This document shows, one piece after another, positions 9,508-17,178 of a DNA stretch of 24,487 nt. The notes beneath the pieces are model-generated. The model was not told the origin of the DNA and made no database searches. It saw only the letters and a list, made by a program, of their open reading frames with translations. The position numbers and the translations under genes were made by a program. Position 1 is the stretch's first letter. Every line of letters starts with the position of its first letter. This stretch comes from Deferrisomatales bacterium (GTDB taxonomy: Bacteria; Desulfobacterota; Deferrisomatia; Deferrisomatales; JACRMM01): the NCBI GenBank assembly GCA_033551855.1, contig JAWSUI010000055.1, forward strand, positions 1-24,487, read 5' to 3'.

Positions 9508-11572
9508 TCGTGTCACTTCCCTCGATCTGTTCCCGCAAGAAGCCCAAGGGCGGGGACGAGCCCTCCGGGGAAAGGCGGTACACGTCCAGGTGCTCGTCCA
9601 CGCTCCGGTACACCCGGTAGGTGCCCAGGTGGGCGGAAGCCGCGCGCTCCCCCTCCGACTGGTTGCGGGAGCGATCCGATTTGGCGATGAGCCAGACGGT
9701 GCCTCCGGCCCCCTGGAGGACCTGGAAGAGCTCGTCCTTCGTCCGCAGGAGGGACGCGCCCTCCCAGATGTCCTTCGTCCCCGCGCAGCCCGCGATGCCG
9801 AAATAGCGGCGACCGCCCATGTAGAGGTAGTCCAGCCGCTCCAGGTAATAGGGGACACCGTAATCGGTGACCACCACCGCGTCGCCGGCCCGCCGGTTCG
9901 CGTTGACGTACTGCGCCGGCCCGCGAAAGTCCCGGCGAGTATAGTACTGATCCGTTTTCCCCCGGGAGTATCCCATCCGGTACGTGACCCGTTCGCTGTC
10001 GATCTGTGTGAGGTGCCGGGCCTCGAAGTCCTCGGACACGAGCATGAACCCCGCGGTGAGGCCGACCGCCGCCGCGGCGCCGACCCAGGCCTTCCGGGAG
10101 AGCCGGTTCCCCAGGCGGGTCATCGAGACGGCGACCAGCAGGAGGACGACGGGGTACAGGAAGTACGTGTAGCGGGATGTGCTGTACGGGGCCCGCAACA
10201 CGGCCACCAGGACGCACAGGCCCACGACGGCGGCCGCAAAGAGCAGGTACCCCCGGTCAGCCGAGGTTTCCCCCCGCCTCGCGGCCCACGCGCCGCCCGC
10301 GACCACGATCGCCATGAGCACCGTCTGCAGCGGCATGGCGCGCATCCACTGAAGGACGACCTCCTTGTAGACGTCGGGGTACTGGAAGAGGGCGAGGACG
10401 GCGTCCTTCCAGCGAACCCCGGTGGCGTTTCCCAGGACCGCGGAGGAGGCGTCCGTGGCCGCCGCGAAGGCCCCCCAAAAGAGGAGACACGCCAGCAGGG
10501 AGACCCCGGTCGCCAGAGCCGGCAGCCTCGGGAGCGATTCCAGGGTGTCTCGCCGGGCAAGGCCCGACAGGAGGACGAGGAGGAGCACGGAGAAGAACAG
10601 CAGGCCGTAGGCGTTCAGGAGGGCCATGCCCAGGAGCGCGATCGGCAGCGCGGCGAGCGGAAGCCGTCGGGCGGTTTCCTCCGCCCCCAGCGACCAGCGC
10701 AGCCAGAGCCCGGCCGCGACCAGGGCGAGCAGCAGCGGCACGAGGAAGGCGAGGAGCCAGGGCAGGCTGCCTCCGAGCTGCGGGAGCAGCAGGGGCGGCA
10801 GGTGAACCGGCAGCGCTATCCCCGACGAACCGGTGCTCGGGACCAGGTCCGGGGGCAGGTAGTCCCCGGCACCGAGGCGACGGAAGTTCGTGCTCTGGTA
10901 ACGGTAGGTCAGGAGCAGGAGGACGGCCGGCACCGCGCCCTCCTTCACGGCAGGTCGGGAACCGCGCAGAAAGAGCGGCAGGAAGCTCAGGAGAACGAGG
11001 AAGATCGCAAACTCGGACACAACGACGGAGACGAGCGCCAGCAGGTACATCCACTTGGAAGCCCGTGTGTCACCCAGGATCACGCGGCGGTAGAGGAAAT
11101 ACAGGTGCCAGAGGAAGAGCGTGCCGAAGGGCGCGTACATGCGCGCGAACCGGGCGAACTCCACTTCCCACAGCGCCAGACTGAACAGGAGGAGCGCGAT
11201 GCACCCCGCAACGGCCCCGGCGAGATGACGACCCAGGAGGAACACCGCCGGCATCGCTGCGAGGTTGGACAGAACCGTGATCAGCCGGAACGCGAGCTCG
11301 TGGCTCATCCCGGACAGAAAGAGCGGGGCGGCCAGGTACTGGAGCAGGATGCCCCGAGTGTAGAAGCCGCCGCACTCGAAACGGGGCAGGCCGTGGGCCA
11401 GGATCTTCTTGACGGAGGTCGCGAGGTAGTACTCGTCGATCGCGAAGGGAGACGTGCCGAGGCCCTTGAACCGGAAGTAGACGCCGGCCGCCACGCCGAC
11501 GCCGGTCAGGGCGTACAGGAGGGGCAGATGGCGGCGGTCCGCAAGTTCGCAGAGAGCTGTGCCGTGTCTCAT
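9488..11572 (-). CDS. GT-C fold glycosyltransferase (PMT_2/ArnT/GT39-like)
   Basis: About 694 aa polytopic membrane protein; acidic DE motif after TM1 (PFAIDEY), ARFARMYA, RYTYFLYP, soluble C-terminal domain; start moved from 11662 because that ATG overlaps a sigma-54 promoter. Confidence 0.75.
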   Translation of the reverse strand: MRHGTALCELADRRHLPLLYALTGVGVAAGVYFRFKGLGTSPFAIDEYYLATSVKKILAHGLPRFECGGFYTRGILLQYLAAPLFLSGMSHELAFRLITVLSNLAAMPAVFLLGRHLAGAVAGCIALLLFSLALWEVEFARFARMYAPFGTLFLWHLYFLYRRVILGDTRASKWMYLLALVSVVVSEFAIFLVLLSFLPLFLRGSRPAVKEGAVPAVLLLLTYRYQSTNFRRLGAGDYLPPDLVPSTGSSGIALPVHLPPLLLPQLGGSLPWLLAFLVPLLLALVAAGLWLRWSLGAEETARRLPLAALPIALLGMALLNAYGLLFFSVLLLVLLSGLARRDTLESLPRLPALATGVSLLACLLFWGAFAAATDASSAVLGNATGVRWKDAVLALFQYPDVYKEVVLQWMRAMPLQTVLMAIVVAGGAWAARRGETSADRGYLLFAAAVVGLCVLVAVLRAPYSTSRYTYFLYPVVLLLVAVSMTRLGNRLSRKAWVGAAAAVGLTAGFMLVSEDFEARHLTQIDSERVTYRMGYSRGKTDQYYTRRDFRGPAQYVNANRRAGDAVVVTDYGVPYYLERLDYLYMGGRRYFGIAGCAGTKDIWEGASLLRTKDELFQVLQGAGGTVWLIAKSDRSRNQSEGERAASAHLGTYRVYRSVDEHLDVYRLSPEGSSPPLGFLREQIEGSDTNDPTPR

Positions 11573-11645
11573 GGGGATATTTCGCTTCGAGTCCGCGCAT
11601 CCGCGGCTCGGATAAAGTCTCGGGCTCATGATCCCTTGCGGGAAT

Positions 11646-11661
11646 TGCAAACGGCGGGCCA
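11646..11661 (-). promoter_or_regulatory. Sigma-54 -24/-12 promoter upstream of the GT-C gene
   Basis: Minus strand TGGCCCGCCGTTTGCA = GG-N10-GC with TTGCA. Confidence 0.7.
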
Positions 11662-11876
11662 TAAGGGGCGCGGGAGCGCGGGAGGATCGCGCTTCGGTCG
11701 TATGTGGTACGGTGCGTGCGCGGAGCGCACCGCAGCCCTGGGTGCTGTGTTGGATGCCTCCTTCGGTGGACGCCTTGGCGGACCGCCTCCGTCCCGATCA
11801 AAAGATCTGCGGCGACAGCCCGGGCTGGGAAGAATGGAATCTTCGTGCCGAGGAGGGGGGAGGAAGATGCCGGGGG

Positions 11877-11915
11877 TGGACAAATATTTACCCATATTGG
11901 GACCAACGTGGCCCA
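11877..11915. promoter_or_regulatory. Putative enhancer-binding-protein site (tandem boxes), copy A
   Basis: TGGACAAATATTTACCCA-tat-TGGGACCAACGTGGCCCA; motif shared with 13723, 14274, 23564; about 215 bp upstream of the sigma-54 site. Confidence 0.55.
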
Positions 11916-12066
11916 GTGGCTTCCCATTGCAGCGTCCTGGGTCATTGATTCGCTGCAATACCGTAAGCCCATCTTCCCGGGATGCTTCCGACTTGCGATG
12001 CTGGGGCCCGACTTCGGCAGAAGGGAGGGTTCCGATGGCAGGGACACGACATGGGGCGGATCTCTA

Positions 12067-13074
12067 CTAGTCTTTACGAATAATCAAATCCAGAGACCCC
12101 TGATAAAAACCCCTGTGGATCTTTGGGCCAACGCGAATCAGATCGGACTCAAAACGTCTTTGACCTGTCAAACTCCACACAGCCAGATTGAGTATGTGCT
12201 GATTGCGCAAGAATAGTGGCAAGCTGCTGACAACATCAAGATCCTCTGCTCTCTTCATGGTCAGCTCAAACTCATGGAAGCTCACCCCTCGCCCTCGTCT
12301 GAGAAAGTCGAGCTTCGATTCCTCGTTCATTTCGCGATACAGATCGCCAAATGGTTTTCTCGGGCTGAATCTGGAATACGAAAACGCCAGGTCATCTGGT
12401 AGCCAGAGATAAAATGGCAAGCGGGAAGTGTGGCCATCATAGTACCACAATCGGTTCGGTGTTCTCATTACGCACCATAGATTTCCCGGGGAAAGCATAT
12501 CCCAGGTGTTTTTCATTGCGATCATTCTTTCATGGTGAATCATGTGTTCTAGCGCGGCAAAAAATATAATGAAGTCAAAATCATTGCTCTTGCATATCTT
12601 GTGCACTTCGGTAGCATTTGCGCAAATGAAGTCGGCACTGACATCATAAACATTGCATCTATCCCTCGCTACATTGAGGCTTGATTCAACAATGTCAACA
12701 GCAGTCACCACAGCACCTTGCTCGGCAAGGGCGACTGTTGAGCTGCCCGTGCCACAACCGATTTCCAGGATCTTCGCCCCTTTGAGTGATCTCGCATCAT
12801 CTAACCATGGGATGACTGTATTGCGAAACTTGTCAACCCTTCGATGAAGGTGAGCTTCCAAATCGGCGCGACCTTGGTCGGAAGATAAGTAATTATTATC
12901 ATGGCAAGTATCACTCGTTGTGAAATAGTGTTGTCGCAAAGATGCTTCTATCGCACGCATCCCAGAAGGGCTTATATCACGGTAGCGGGCGGAGATTTCT
13001 TTTGGGACGCGTGGTTGAGTAAATGATCTTGCGAGTTTCTTGAGTGGAGCCGGGAGCTTTGCAGGTTGGAACAT
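12067..13074 (-). CDS. Class I SAM-dependent methyltransferase
   Basis: 335 aa; ILEIGCGTG motif I, VTAVD, FDFIIFFAALEH, LSPGN...TPN; AT-richer than flanks. Confidence 0.88.
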   Translation of the reverse strand: MFQPAKLPAPLKKLARSFTQPRVPKEISARYRDISPSGMRAIEASLRQHYFTTSDTCHDNNYLSSDQGRADLEAHLHRRVDKFRNTVIPWLDDARSLKGAKILEIGCGTGSSTVALAEQGAVVTAVDIVESSLNVARDRCNVYDVSADFICANATEVHKICKSNDFDFIIFFAALEHMIHHERMIAMKNTWDMLSPGNLWCVMRTPNRLWYYDGHTSRLPFYLWLPDDLAFSYSRFSPRKPFGDLYREMNEESKLDFLRRGRGVSFHEFELTMKRAEDLDVVSSLPLFLRNQHILNLAVWSLTGQRRFESDLIRVGPKIHRGFYQGSLDLIIRKD

Positions 13075-13231
13075 GGATATCCCTGAGCTTGATGTGGGCG
13101 GTGAAGTGGGTGACAGAGGAGTATCCCCTTATCGAATTCATGTCGGTCGATCTTGCGGGCACGGAGCCGTGAGGACCTCCTGCGGCGGCTCCCACCCACG
13201 AGGAGCCTTGACCCGGACGGGGCACGTGGCA

Positions 13232-13247
13232 TGCAGCAGTCGTACCA
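13232..13247 (-). promoter_or_regulatory. Sigma-54 -24/-12 promoter upstream of the methyltransferase
   Basis: Minus strand TGGTACGACTGCTGCA = GG-N10-GC; about 160 bp before the ATG. Confidence 0.55.
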
Positions 13248-13722
13248 CGGTTCAACCGGGAGGGGGGGGCCAGGAGCACGGGCCGTGCTTGCCTGAAATG
13301 GGGCATCGGCAAAGGTCCGGCGGTTGCCCCGCGTCGGCAGACCGGCGGATCCACGTCTCGTCCTCGCGGGTCTGCAGCGGATTCACGTATCGCCTCTTCG
13401 TTTTCCCCCGTGCCGCCGCGGCGCAAGGGGTCACGAGGAGGGGAAGGCGCCGGCGTCACGGAGGTCCTGTGCTCTGGCGGTTCGCCGAGGAGATTCCCTG
13501 CCGGTTCCCACCGGGACCGCGCCCGGCGCGTGGCCCTCCGACGAACTGGGTACGGGATACGGGGGTATGAAGAGATGGCACGCGGCGCCCTCCTGCGTGA
13601 TGCGGCGGTGTGCTGGCTGGCCCGCTGACGTCATCGGGAGCTGGGGAAGAGGTCTTGGAAAGCCTTGGGAAGCGCATGCCAGCCCGTCAAGGGGAGCATG
13701 GGGGGACTGAGCTACCGAGGAG

Positions 13723-13759
13723 AGGGAAAGATTTGCCCACAGTGGGTAGATCGGGTCCA
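13723..13759. promoter_or_regulatory. Putative enhancer-binding-protein site (tandem boxes), copy B
   Basis: AGGGAAAGATTTGCCCA-cag-TGGGTAGATCGGGTCCA. Confidence 0.5.
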
Positions 13760-13776
13760 CTGGTCCCCTTCGAGGA

Positions 13777-13888
13777 GGCCCTTCCGGAAACTCAGTGGGT
13801 CAATCAAGGGCAAGAGCGATCTCGCGGAAGCCGCTGAAAACGCGGAGGAACTCTTTGTCGTTCCCGGCGCCTCTGCGCCTTCGAAGAG
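13777..13888 (+). repeat. Dispersed intergenic repeat, copy 2
   Basis: Same 37-nt head as copy 1; body similar with scattered substitutions up to CTCTGCGCCT. Confidence 0.9.
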
Positions 13889-13943
13889 GCACTCCCCGGT
13901 CCCGGATCGGATCACGAGAGCGCCGGCACGTCGCCATTCCTCG

Positions 13944-14126
13944 TCACCCGGCGGCCGCCGCCGGCACGGGTTCCCGCGGCGACTCCCACATCAACTGCGG
14001 TTCCTTGCTGTACACCTTATACGTCTCCGTGCAAACCTTGCACTTCCTCGTTCCGAGGGAGCGCTGTTCCTGGTCGTGGCGGACGCCCTTTGCCAGCGGC
14101 GAAGCGGTCCGTCGTTTGCACAGCAT
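13944..14126 (-). CDS. Small hypothetical protein (60 aa) with CxxC
   Basis: MLCKRR...RKCKVCTETYKVY...; strong GGAGGGG RBS upstream of ATG 14126. Confidence 0.4.
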   Translation of the reverse strand: MLCKRRTASPLAKGVRHDQEQRSLGTRKCKVCTETYKVYSKEPQLMWESPREPVPAAAAG

Positions 14127-14273
14127 GACGTCTTCCCCTCCGGAAAAGAGGCGGGGCACGACCTGCAGAATGGGGGAATCACCCCCTTGCGGACGGTGAC
14201 GGGCGGAGTAGGCTCTCCGCCAGACGCACGGGGCATGCCCGTGTCGGGGAGGAAGAAGGGGTCTGCCGTGAAT

Positions 14274-14290
14274 AGGAAAAGGTTTGCCCA
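14274..14290. promoter_or_regulatory. Putative enhancer-binding-protein site, copy C
   Basis: AGGAAAAGGTTTGCCCA, about 110 bp upstream of the sigma-54 site at 14401. Confidence 0.5.
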
Positions 14291-14358
14291 TGGCGCGGGT
14301 GATGAGACGTCTAAGGATTCTGAGGACCGTCCGGGACGTCTTGGCGAAGTAGGTGTAT

Positions 14359-14371
14359 TTTCAGGGGGTTG
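14359..14371 (+). promoter_or_regulatory. IHF-like binding site
   Basis: TTTCAGGGGGTTG versus WATCARNNNNTTR (one mismatch), lying between the putative enhancer and the sigma-54 promoter. Confidence 0.4.
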
Positions 14372-14400
14372 CCGAGCTGCGCCCTGAGGTCTTCTGTTGT

Positions 14401-14416
14401 TGGCACAAGCCTTGCT
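14401..14416 (+). promoter_or_regulatory. Sigma-54 -24/-12 promoter
   Basis: TGGCACAAGCCTTGCT, exact match to TGGCAC-N5-TTGCW. Confidence 0.85.
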
Positions 14417-14542
14417 TCTGGTTAGGTTTCAAGTGCGAGAGAGGACGGCTGCGGACGGGGTCCGCACCACGGCGGACAGCCGAAGAAGGAACCCGGTTGG
14501 ATCGTCGGTAGCGGGGAGACTCGGAACGAAAGGAAGACCAGG

Positions 14543-15088
14543 GTGGCACGGACGATTTGCCGAGGGATCGGAAGGAAGGTTTTGCTGGGGTGCGGTGTGG
14601 CCTTGCTGGGCGGAGTGCTTGCCGGAGGGGGCGCCTCCGGGGAGTACCGGGGGGAGAGTCCCGCGTCGGTAAGGGTCGCCGGAGAAACTCCGGAGGACGG
14701 GTCTGGCCTCGCCGGGTTTTTCGCCTCCTTGCAGGCCGTGGGGAGGATGACCTTACAGGAAGGGATGGGGGACTACCGGGTGACCGGGAGCCCGGAGAGA
14801 ACCGTGATCTCCGACGAGGGCCCCGGGAAGAGGGCGAGGGCCGGCCTTGGCGGGTCTGCGGCCGCGGCGCCCGATCCCCTCCTGAGTCTCCTCGTGTTGG
14901 CCGGCCTCGGGCTCGCGTGCCTTCTGGTGATGAGTCGGGGCAGCCCCGCCGCGGAAAAAGCGGGCGACCGCCCCTGGCTGCTGTCCGAGCTCTCGGTGTG
15001 GCCGGGGACTTCCGAGGACGCCGAAGGATCACAGTATGAGGACCTTCGGGGCCCGAGAGGGTTCCACCCGAACCCGCCGAGCTCGTAG
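14543..15088 (+). CDS. Exported protein with PEP-CTERM-like APDP + TM segment and extended C-terminal tail
   Basis: 181 aa; basic plus hydrophobic N-terminal signal; AAAAPDPLLSLLVLAGLGLACLLVMSR at aa 106-132; AAGGA RBS 8 nt before GTG; consensus sigma-54 promoter upstream and hairpin downstream. Confidence 0.6.
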   Translation: MARTICRGIGRKVLLGCGVALLGGVLAGGGASGEYRGESPASVRVAGETPEDGSGLAGFFASLQAVGRMTLQEGMGDYRVTGSPERTVISDEGPGKRARAGLGGSAAAAPDPLLSLLVLAGLGLACLLVMSRGSPAAEKAGDRPWLLSELSVWPGTSEDAEGSQYEDLRGPRGFHPNPPSS

Positions 15089-15142
15089 GTTTCCGAACGG
15101 CCTCCAACGGACACAGAGATGGCTGCCGTCGGGAAGCCGTGG

Positions 15143-15184
15143 AAAAGGCCGCTTTCGCGACAGTAGTTGCGAAGCGGCCTGTTG
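15143..15184. terminator. Stem-loop, probable intrinsic terminator
   Basis: AGGCCGCTTTCGCGAC-AGTA-GTTGCGAAGCGGCCT hairpin, AAAA on the left (U-tract on minus strand), TGTT on the right. Confidence 0.55.
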
Positions 15185-15210
15185 CATGTAGAAGAACGAG
15201 ATCCGGTTTT

Positions 15211-15321
15211 TTGGACGGGATAACAGGATGGACAGGATGGACAGGATGGAAAGAATTCGAAGGCCACTTCTTTTGCTAATGTTTCGGTCTAAACATCCAG
15301 TAGATCCTGCTATCCTGTCAA
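15211..15321. repeat. Palindromic 9-mer (ACAGGATGG-type) repeat element
   Basis: TGGACGGGATAACAGGATGGACAGGATGGACAGGATGG ... CATCCAGTAGATCCTGCTATCCTGTCAA: tandem 9-mers facing their imperfect reverse complement. Confidence 0.8.
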
Positions 15322-15366
15322 GAAGGTTTTTGGGGTGAATGGTCCGTGTGGAAGGCTGACTGATTC

Positions 15367-16995
15367 ATGCTGTATCTGACGGCCCTGCTCCTGGCGCTGT
15401 TCCTGACCATGCCGCTCATCCCGCTCCTGCGGAGCGCGGCGGCCCGCCTGGGCGCGGTGGACGTGCCCTGCGACCGGAAGGAGCACTGCCGCCCCATGGC
15501 GCGGACCGGGGGTCTCGCCATCGCGGTGGGCGCCTGCCTGCCGGCGCTCCTCTGGGCTCCCCCGAGCAGCTTTTTGGGCGGGGTGTTGGGTGGAGCCTCC
15601 ATCGTCCTGCTCTTCGGGTTCCTCGACGATGTGAAGAACCTCGGGCACCGGGTGAAGTTCGCCGGTCAAATCACGGCGGCCCTGGTGGTGGTACTCTACG
15701 GCGGGGTACGCATCGAGAGCCTGGGCGCTTTTCTCCCTGACGCCGCCGTGCTACCGGCCCTGGTGGCCGTGCCCTTGACGGTCGTCGTGATCGTGGGCGT
15801 GACCAACGCGATCAACCTGGCCGACGGCCTGGACGGCCTGGCGGGGGGGATCGTGGCGCTCAGCCTGGGTTGCGTGGCCTACCTGGCCTACCAGGCCGGC
15901 GACCCCGTGGTGGCGCTCCTCGCGGCCGGGACCGTGGGGGCCATCCTGGGGTTTCTGCGCTTCAACACCTATCCGGCGAACATCTTCATGGGAGACGCCG
16001 GGAGCCAGTTCCTCGGGTTCGTCGCCGTGACGCTTTCCCTCCATCTGACTCAGGGGGCCCCGTCGCTGAGCCCCATCCTGCCACTGCTCCTCCTCGGCCT
16101 CCCGGTCCTCGACACCCTGACCGTGATGGCCGGCCGCGTCCGGTCCGGCCGGTCGCCGTTCCGGGCAGGCAGGGACCACCTGCACCACCGGTTGCGGAGC
16201 CTGGGCTTCTCCCACAGGGAGACCGTGGTAGCCGCCTACGTGTTCCAATCGGCCCTGATCACCGCGGCGTACTTCTTTCAATCCGCTTCGGACCTGGTGC
16301 TGGCGGCGGGATACGCGACGGGCTGCGGGGCTCTCCTTTATCTGCTGCGGAGGGCCGAGGGGACGGGTTGGAGCATGGAGCGCTCGACGACCGCCTACCG
16401 GGCGCTCAAGACGGCCCTGGACCGCATTCGGGACAGGGGGCTGCTCGTGAAGGGGGCATTCCGAGCCGTGGAGCTGGGGCTGCCGGCCTTCTTCCTCGTC
16501 TCGTGGTTCATGCCGAGCACCATCCCGCGGGAGTACGGTTACTTCGCGGCGGGCCTGATGGTTCTGGTCCTGCTGGGCGGGCTGACCCGCCCGAGTTGGG
16601 GGCGGTGGTCTCTGCGCCTGGCCGTCTACCTGACGATTCCCGCCGTGATCTACCTCTGCGAGACCCAGGCCGGGGAGTGGGTCAGCGCGGATGCGTGGCG
16701 GGTCTACAACCTGGCCCTGGCGCTTCTGGTGGCCCTCATGATCGTCGTGGTGAAGTTCTCGCGGAGGGACGCCTTCCGGAGCTCCCCCATGGACTTCCTG
16801 GTCCTGTTCCTCGCGGTGGTGGTGCCGAACTTCTTCGGCGGCCCCCACTGGATGGGCGTGGTCGCCACGAAGATCGTCGCCCTGTTCTTCGGCTACGAGG
16901 TCCTCCTGGCGGAGCTCCGCGGCCAGTTGGGCTGGGTGGGGGCCACGACCCTGACCTTCCTCGGCGTGGCGGTCGTGCGGGGGCTGTGGATGTGA
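15367..16995 (+). CDS. wecA: WecA/MraY-family (Glycos_transf_4) polyprenyl-phosphate sugar-1-phosphate transferase with extra C-terminal membrane domain
   Basis: 542 aa; GFLDD, NAINLADGLDGLA, FMGDAGS, DHLHHRL motifs; about 200 extra aa with several TM helices. Confidence 0.85.
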   Translation: MLYLTALLLALFLTMPLIPLLRSAAARLGAVDVPCDRKEHCRPMARTGGLAIAVGACLPALLWAPPSSFLGGVLGGASIVLLFGFLDDVKNLGHRVKFAGQITAALVVVLYGGVRIESLGAFLPDAAVLPALVAVPLTVVVIVGVTNAINLADGLDGLAGGIVALSLGCVAYLAYQAGDPVVALLAAGTVGAILGFLRFNTYPANIFMGDAGSQFLGFVAVTLSLHLTQGAPSLSPILPLLLLGLPVLDTLTVMAGRVRSGRSPFRAGRDHLHHRLRSLGFSHRETVVAAYVFQSALITAAYFFQSASDLVLAAGYATGCGALLYLLRRAEGTGWSMERSTTAYRALKTALDRIRDRGLLVKGAFRAVELGLPAFFLVSWFMPSTIPREYGYFAAGLMVLVLLGGLTRPSWGRWSLRLAVYLTIPAVIYLCETQAGEWVSADAWRVYNLALALLVALMIVVVKFSRRDAFRSSPMDFLVLFLAVVVPNFFGGPHWMGVVATKIVALFFGYEVLLAELRGQLGWVGATTLTFLGVAVVRGLWM

Positions 16996-17000
16996 GGGGT

Positions 17001-17178
17001 AGGTTCTATGTTCGAGGTTCTAGGTTCTAGGTTCTAGGTTCAAGCCTCAAGCTTCCAGCGTCCCGCGTCCCGCCTCAAGCGTCGAGCGTCCCGCGTCGAG
17101 CGTCCCCGCCTCAAGCGTCCAGCTCGGCCGCTTCAACCTTCCCGCCTCCCGCTTCCAGCGGCAAGCTTCCCGCTTGCC
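17001..17178. repeat. Degenerate heptamer tandem array (about 25 units)
   Basis: AGGTTCT ATGTTCG AGGTTCT AGGTTCT AGGTTCT AGGTTCA AGCCTCA AGCTTCC AGCGTCC CGCGTCC ...; runs into the last codons of the ATPase gene. Confidence 0.85.

Noticed and set aside
13252..13434. 60-aa ORF with KRRYVNPLQ resembling a lasso/RiPP leader
   Set aside because: Lacks a proper YxxPxL and T-x-G junction, has no clear RBS, and no maturation genes are in the window
14544..14560. TGGCACGGACGATTTGC as a second sigma-54 site (also TGGCAC near 13576)
   Set aside because: GG-to-GC spacing is not 10 nt; the first overlaps the GTG start codon
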